Shown piece by piece: positions 60,633-64,000 of a stretch of 64,000 nt of DNA. Source of the stretch: Eledone cirrhosa (lineage: Eukaryota); NCBI GenBank assembly GCA_964016885.1, contig OZ024742.1, positions 305,474,001 through 305,538,000 of the forward strand. Reading direction: 5' to 3'. Each line of letters starts with the position of its first letter. Position 1 is the first letter of the stretch. The notes beneath the pieces were generated by a model that was not told the origin of the DNA, did no database searches, and saw nothing but the letters and a program-made list of their open reading frames with translations. The translations under genes and the position numbers were made by a program.

Positions 60633-60805
60633 TCATCATCATCATTTCCGTTTAACGTCAATTGTTCCACGCTTGCTTGTGTCGTTCATGCAGGGAGGCA
60701 AGTCTGGCCAGGGTTGGCCATGTGTTACACCTTGCTCCAGCGAGAACTGTAAATTTTGGTGGGTATTTTACAGCTGGGTGCCTTTCCTAACACCAACCAC
60801 GTTTA

Positions 60806-60808
<3 letters not shown>
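60628..60808 (-). mobile_element. SINE 3' portion with (GAT)n tail (V-domain-like core)
   Basis: TTTTACAGCTGGGTGCCTTTCCTAACACCAACC core and a (CAT)n end; similar ends near 9035-9100 and 23698-23745. Confidence 0.5.
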
Positions 60809-60875
<67 letters not shown>

Positions 60876-60906
60876 AAGGTTTAGCAAATAATGAAAAAGT
60901 TTCAAA

Positions 60907-61004
<98 letters not shown>

Positions 61005-61066
61005 ATATATATATATATATATGATATATATATATATATATATATGATATATATATATATATATAT

Positions 61067-61249
61067 ATAGGAACCAGTAAGACCCCGACAGCTGAGCTCA
61101 AGCCGTTTCGACGTTTCAGAATTAGCCGTCGAAACGGCTTGAGCTCAGCTGTCGGGGTCTTACTGGTTCCTATTACCCACTCTACTACCTCAAGTATTGA
61201 GTACTTTGGTGCGTTATGGTCCACCTGGTTCCTTACCACATTTCCTTCG

Positions 61250-61250
<1 letters not shown>
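61067..61250 (+). mobile_element. Family D perfect fold-back (47-bp arms) plus tail
   Basis: Arms 61067-61113 / 61127-61173, loop TTTCAGAATTAGC; arms begin at CGTC-GAAAC. Confidence 0.85.
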
Positions 61251-61325
<75 letters not shown>

Positions 61326-61559
61326 CACACCGTTTTCTATGTGTAAAATACACCCGCACGTTTGTAAAATGACCAATGTAAGTAAATGCTTTTTTTGCAA
61401 TATTTACACACACATTCTCTCTTTCTTTCTTTCTCTCTCTATCTCTTTCTTTCTTTCTCTCTCTCTCTCTCTTGTATATGCACACACACACACACGCACA
61501 AACACACATGTGTGTGTGTGCGTGTGTTTGTGTGTGTGTGTGTGTGTGTGCGCGCGCGC

Positions 61560-61694
<135 letters not shown>

Positions 61695-62237
61695 CCTCAA
61701 TAAAAGGTGTATTTAATTGTCTTCTATATTCTATAAAAACCAAAGAAAACATTAAATGTGTTTCTTTGTGTAATATATTAACGCGTGGAAAAAGAAAGAA
61801 AACCAAAACACTTTGTGCCATCTGTTGAAACCATAATATCTTTTCGTAGTTTTATGGGTAACTTATGGAGAACATCTCTCTGGTAGCTATATGGGGCATT
61901 TTGTGTGTGTGCCGAGAAAATATCCCAAACCACAGAAATATATATGAGGATCGTCAGAAAATTAACACTCTCTCAAACGCACACTCTCGAAAACATTTGT
62001 ACAGGCTGAAACGTGCATTTGTCTATGTTTCAGGGAGTATTGATTCTATGACAATCCACATATATAGTTTTGGGGTTTGGAATATCTTCTCTGCATACAC
62101 ACAAAATGTCACACTTGCCACCGAAATATCTGTTTTATTTTATTCATTGTTCATTTCTGATTGTGGAATATACATGAAAGTCTCCCTATACACTTTGTAG
62201 GGCATATACACATGTCAGCAAGTGTATATATATATAT

Positions 62238-62574
62238 GTAAAGGGTAAAGACCCCTTTCGGTCACGAATGACCATGGGATTTGCACCTAGAAAGTTTTTC
62301 CTCCGAGGTACAAGTCCACGCATGGTTGTTTTGTGGAAGTCGCCCATGCATACCAGTCTCCCCTCTCCACGCTACCGATGAGGTCCAAGGGAAAGGCAAT
62401 GGCCGATACAGCTTGGCACCAGTGACGTCGCAACTCATTTCTACATCTGAGTAAACTGGAGCAACGTGAAATAAAGTGTCTTGCTCAAGGACACAACGCA
62501 TCACCCCGTCCGAGAATCGAACTCACAACCTTCCGATTGCAAGTCCAATTCTCTAACCACTAGGCCATGCGCCT
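62238..62574 (-). mobile_element. Full-length tRNA-derived CORE-like SINE (family 2)
   Basis: A-box TGGCCTAGTGG, B-box GTTCGATTC, core GTGTCCTTGAGCAAGACACTT, tail CTTTACCCTTTAC. Confidence 0.85.
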
Positions 62575-62969
62575 TTACTTATATATATATGTGTGTGTGG
62601 GGGGGGGGGGGGTTATATTATATATATATAGGGATGTAGATATAATTTGTTCTTTCTGTTATCTTTAGTGAGCTCTGTTGTAGTTGTTGCAGCAAATTTA
62701 TTTGAAATAATTATAATATAATATTTTGAATATCGCCGTGTCGATATTCTGGATGCTACTGGAAACCTTATACAGAACATGTTACGGACCCTCTGTGAGT
62801 GAATGTTCTCTAACAGGAGGATCTACAACTCAGTCTTAAGGCACATGTACTTTCTAGCATGAAACAATGGCAGCTTTTACTTAGTTACCATATAGTCATT
62901 ATCACAATAACGATCCTCTTTTCGAGCAGAACTTTTCACCGGAGACCGATGAAATATCAGCTTAAGATA

Positions 62970-63272
62970 TGTGGCTTCCCTTTTCCTGTATGAATAGGTT
63001 TGTGAGAACAATTTACCCAGATATCACAGTGGTATGTTTTCTCTCCTCTTTGCGATTGTGTTAGTGAATATTTAAGCCCTTCTTTCTGAGAATGATTTAC
63101 CGCAAATAACACAGTAATAGGGTTTCTCTCTTATATAAACAGGTTTGTGGGTAGTTAAACCACCTGTTAATAAGAATGATTTACTACGGATATCGCATTA
63201 TTATGGCTTCTCTCCTGTATGAATACGTTTGAGAATAGTAAGCTCGTCGTTTCCAGAGGATGATTTACTACA
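62970..63272 (-). pseudogene. Degenerate tandem C2H2 zinc-finger array (about 4 fingers)
   Basis: CSKSSS..KRIHTGEKP**CDIRSKSF..LTTHKP..EKPYYCVICGKSFSE..GEKTYHCDIWV..IHTG, with stops and frameshifts. Confidence 0.85.
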
Positions 63273-64000
63273 TAAACTTCCTCCTCATGCCATGAAATTT
63301 ATTCCACTGATTGCATGATTTGTATATTAGTTTATGTCGACACGGAACATCACTAGAATCCTCAGGTTCTACAGTTTTATTACGATATATAGTCAGCCGT
63401 TTCACCATCATTCAATGAGACAGCCATGCTTTTATCTAAAAAGTTATATCACTACACATGCGTCAAAAATCAGCATTAATTTTTCTGTGTATATAGTAAG
63501 TTAGTGAGACAGTGAGACAAAGTAATTCCTTTAATTTAATCATCCATCTATCCGTGCAATCAAATTCCGTCCCTTGTGTTGTCTGAGAGATTAACAAGTA
63601 GATTCTAAGAGATAAGCTCTCTCTCTCTCTCTCTCTCTCCCTCTCTCTCTCCTCCTTTTATTGATGTTGGTGTGGTGGTTTATCTGAGATTGGCGATCTG
63701 TGAGCTTGTGAAGTAGTAGCTTTACTTCTATTTTGATCAAGTTTATAAGGTCAGAGTTATTTGCCTCAGCTCTGAGACTTCATCTTCACTGTGTACAGAA
63801 ATTAGTCTATTAGTGCATGTACTGCATGATTTATTTATATCTCTCGCCTCCCCCTTTTAATAGCTCCTGTTTCACTTTCTATTTTTTCTCTACGTATCTG
63901 TCTACTCAACTAATGGTCTATTTCGTTCTTTTCCTTTTCCCTTCTATTTATCTATCGGCTTACAGTCACATATATACATACGCAGAGACATGCACACGCA

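Noticed and set aside
62500-62574. tRNA gene
   Set aside because: A/B boxes run into a multi-copy SINE body; no complete cloverleaf.

Overview
AT-rich, microsatellite-saturated eukaryotic DNA with no confidently identifiable intact host gene. The (TA)n/(CA)n/(TATC)n density, tRNA-headed SINEs and a degenerate C2H2 array point to a coleoid cephalopod, probably octopus (inference). Most ORF-track entries are translated microsatellites. Real content: (1) two tandem 5'-truncated R4/Dong-type RLE LINEs in (TAA)n; (2) two L1/Tx1-type LINE copies in (TATC)n; (3) three Penelope-like element (PLE) coding remnants missed or only partly covered by the ORF track, one a stop-free 248-codon Neptune-type linker plus GIY-YIG frame; (4) many short PLE-terminus-like modules of at least 8 families in (TA)n, carrying minimal type I hammerhead-ribozyme (HHR) motifs, often as fold-back palindromes and some with non-canonical cores shared between copies; (5) SINEs, a pogo-like MITE, a C2H2 pseudogene and one orphan candidate exon. 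The hammerhead/hairpin swarm is the most notable signal.
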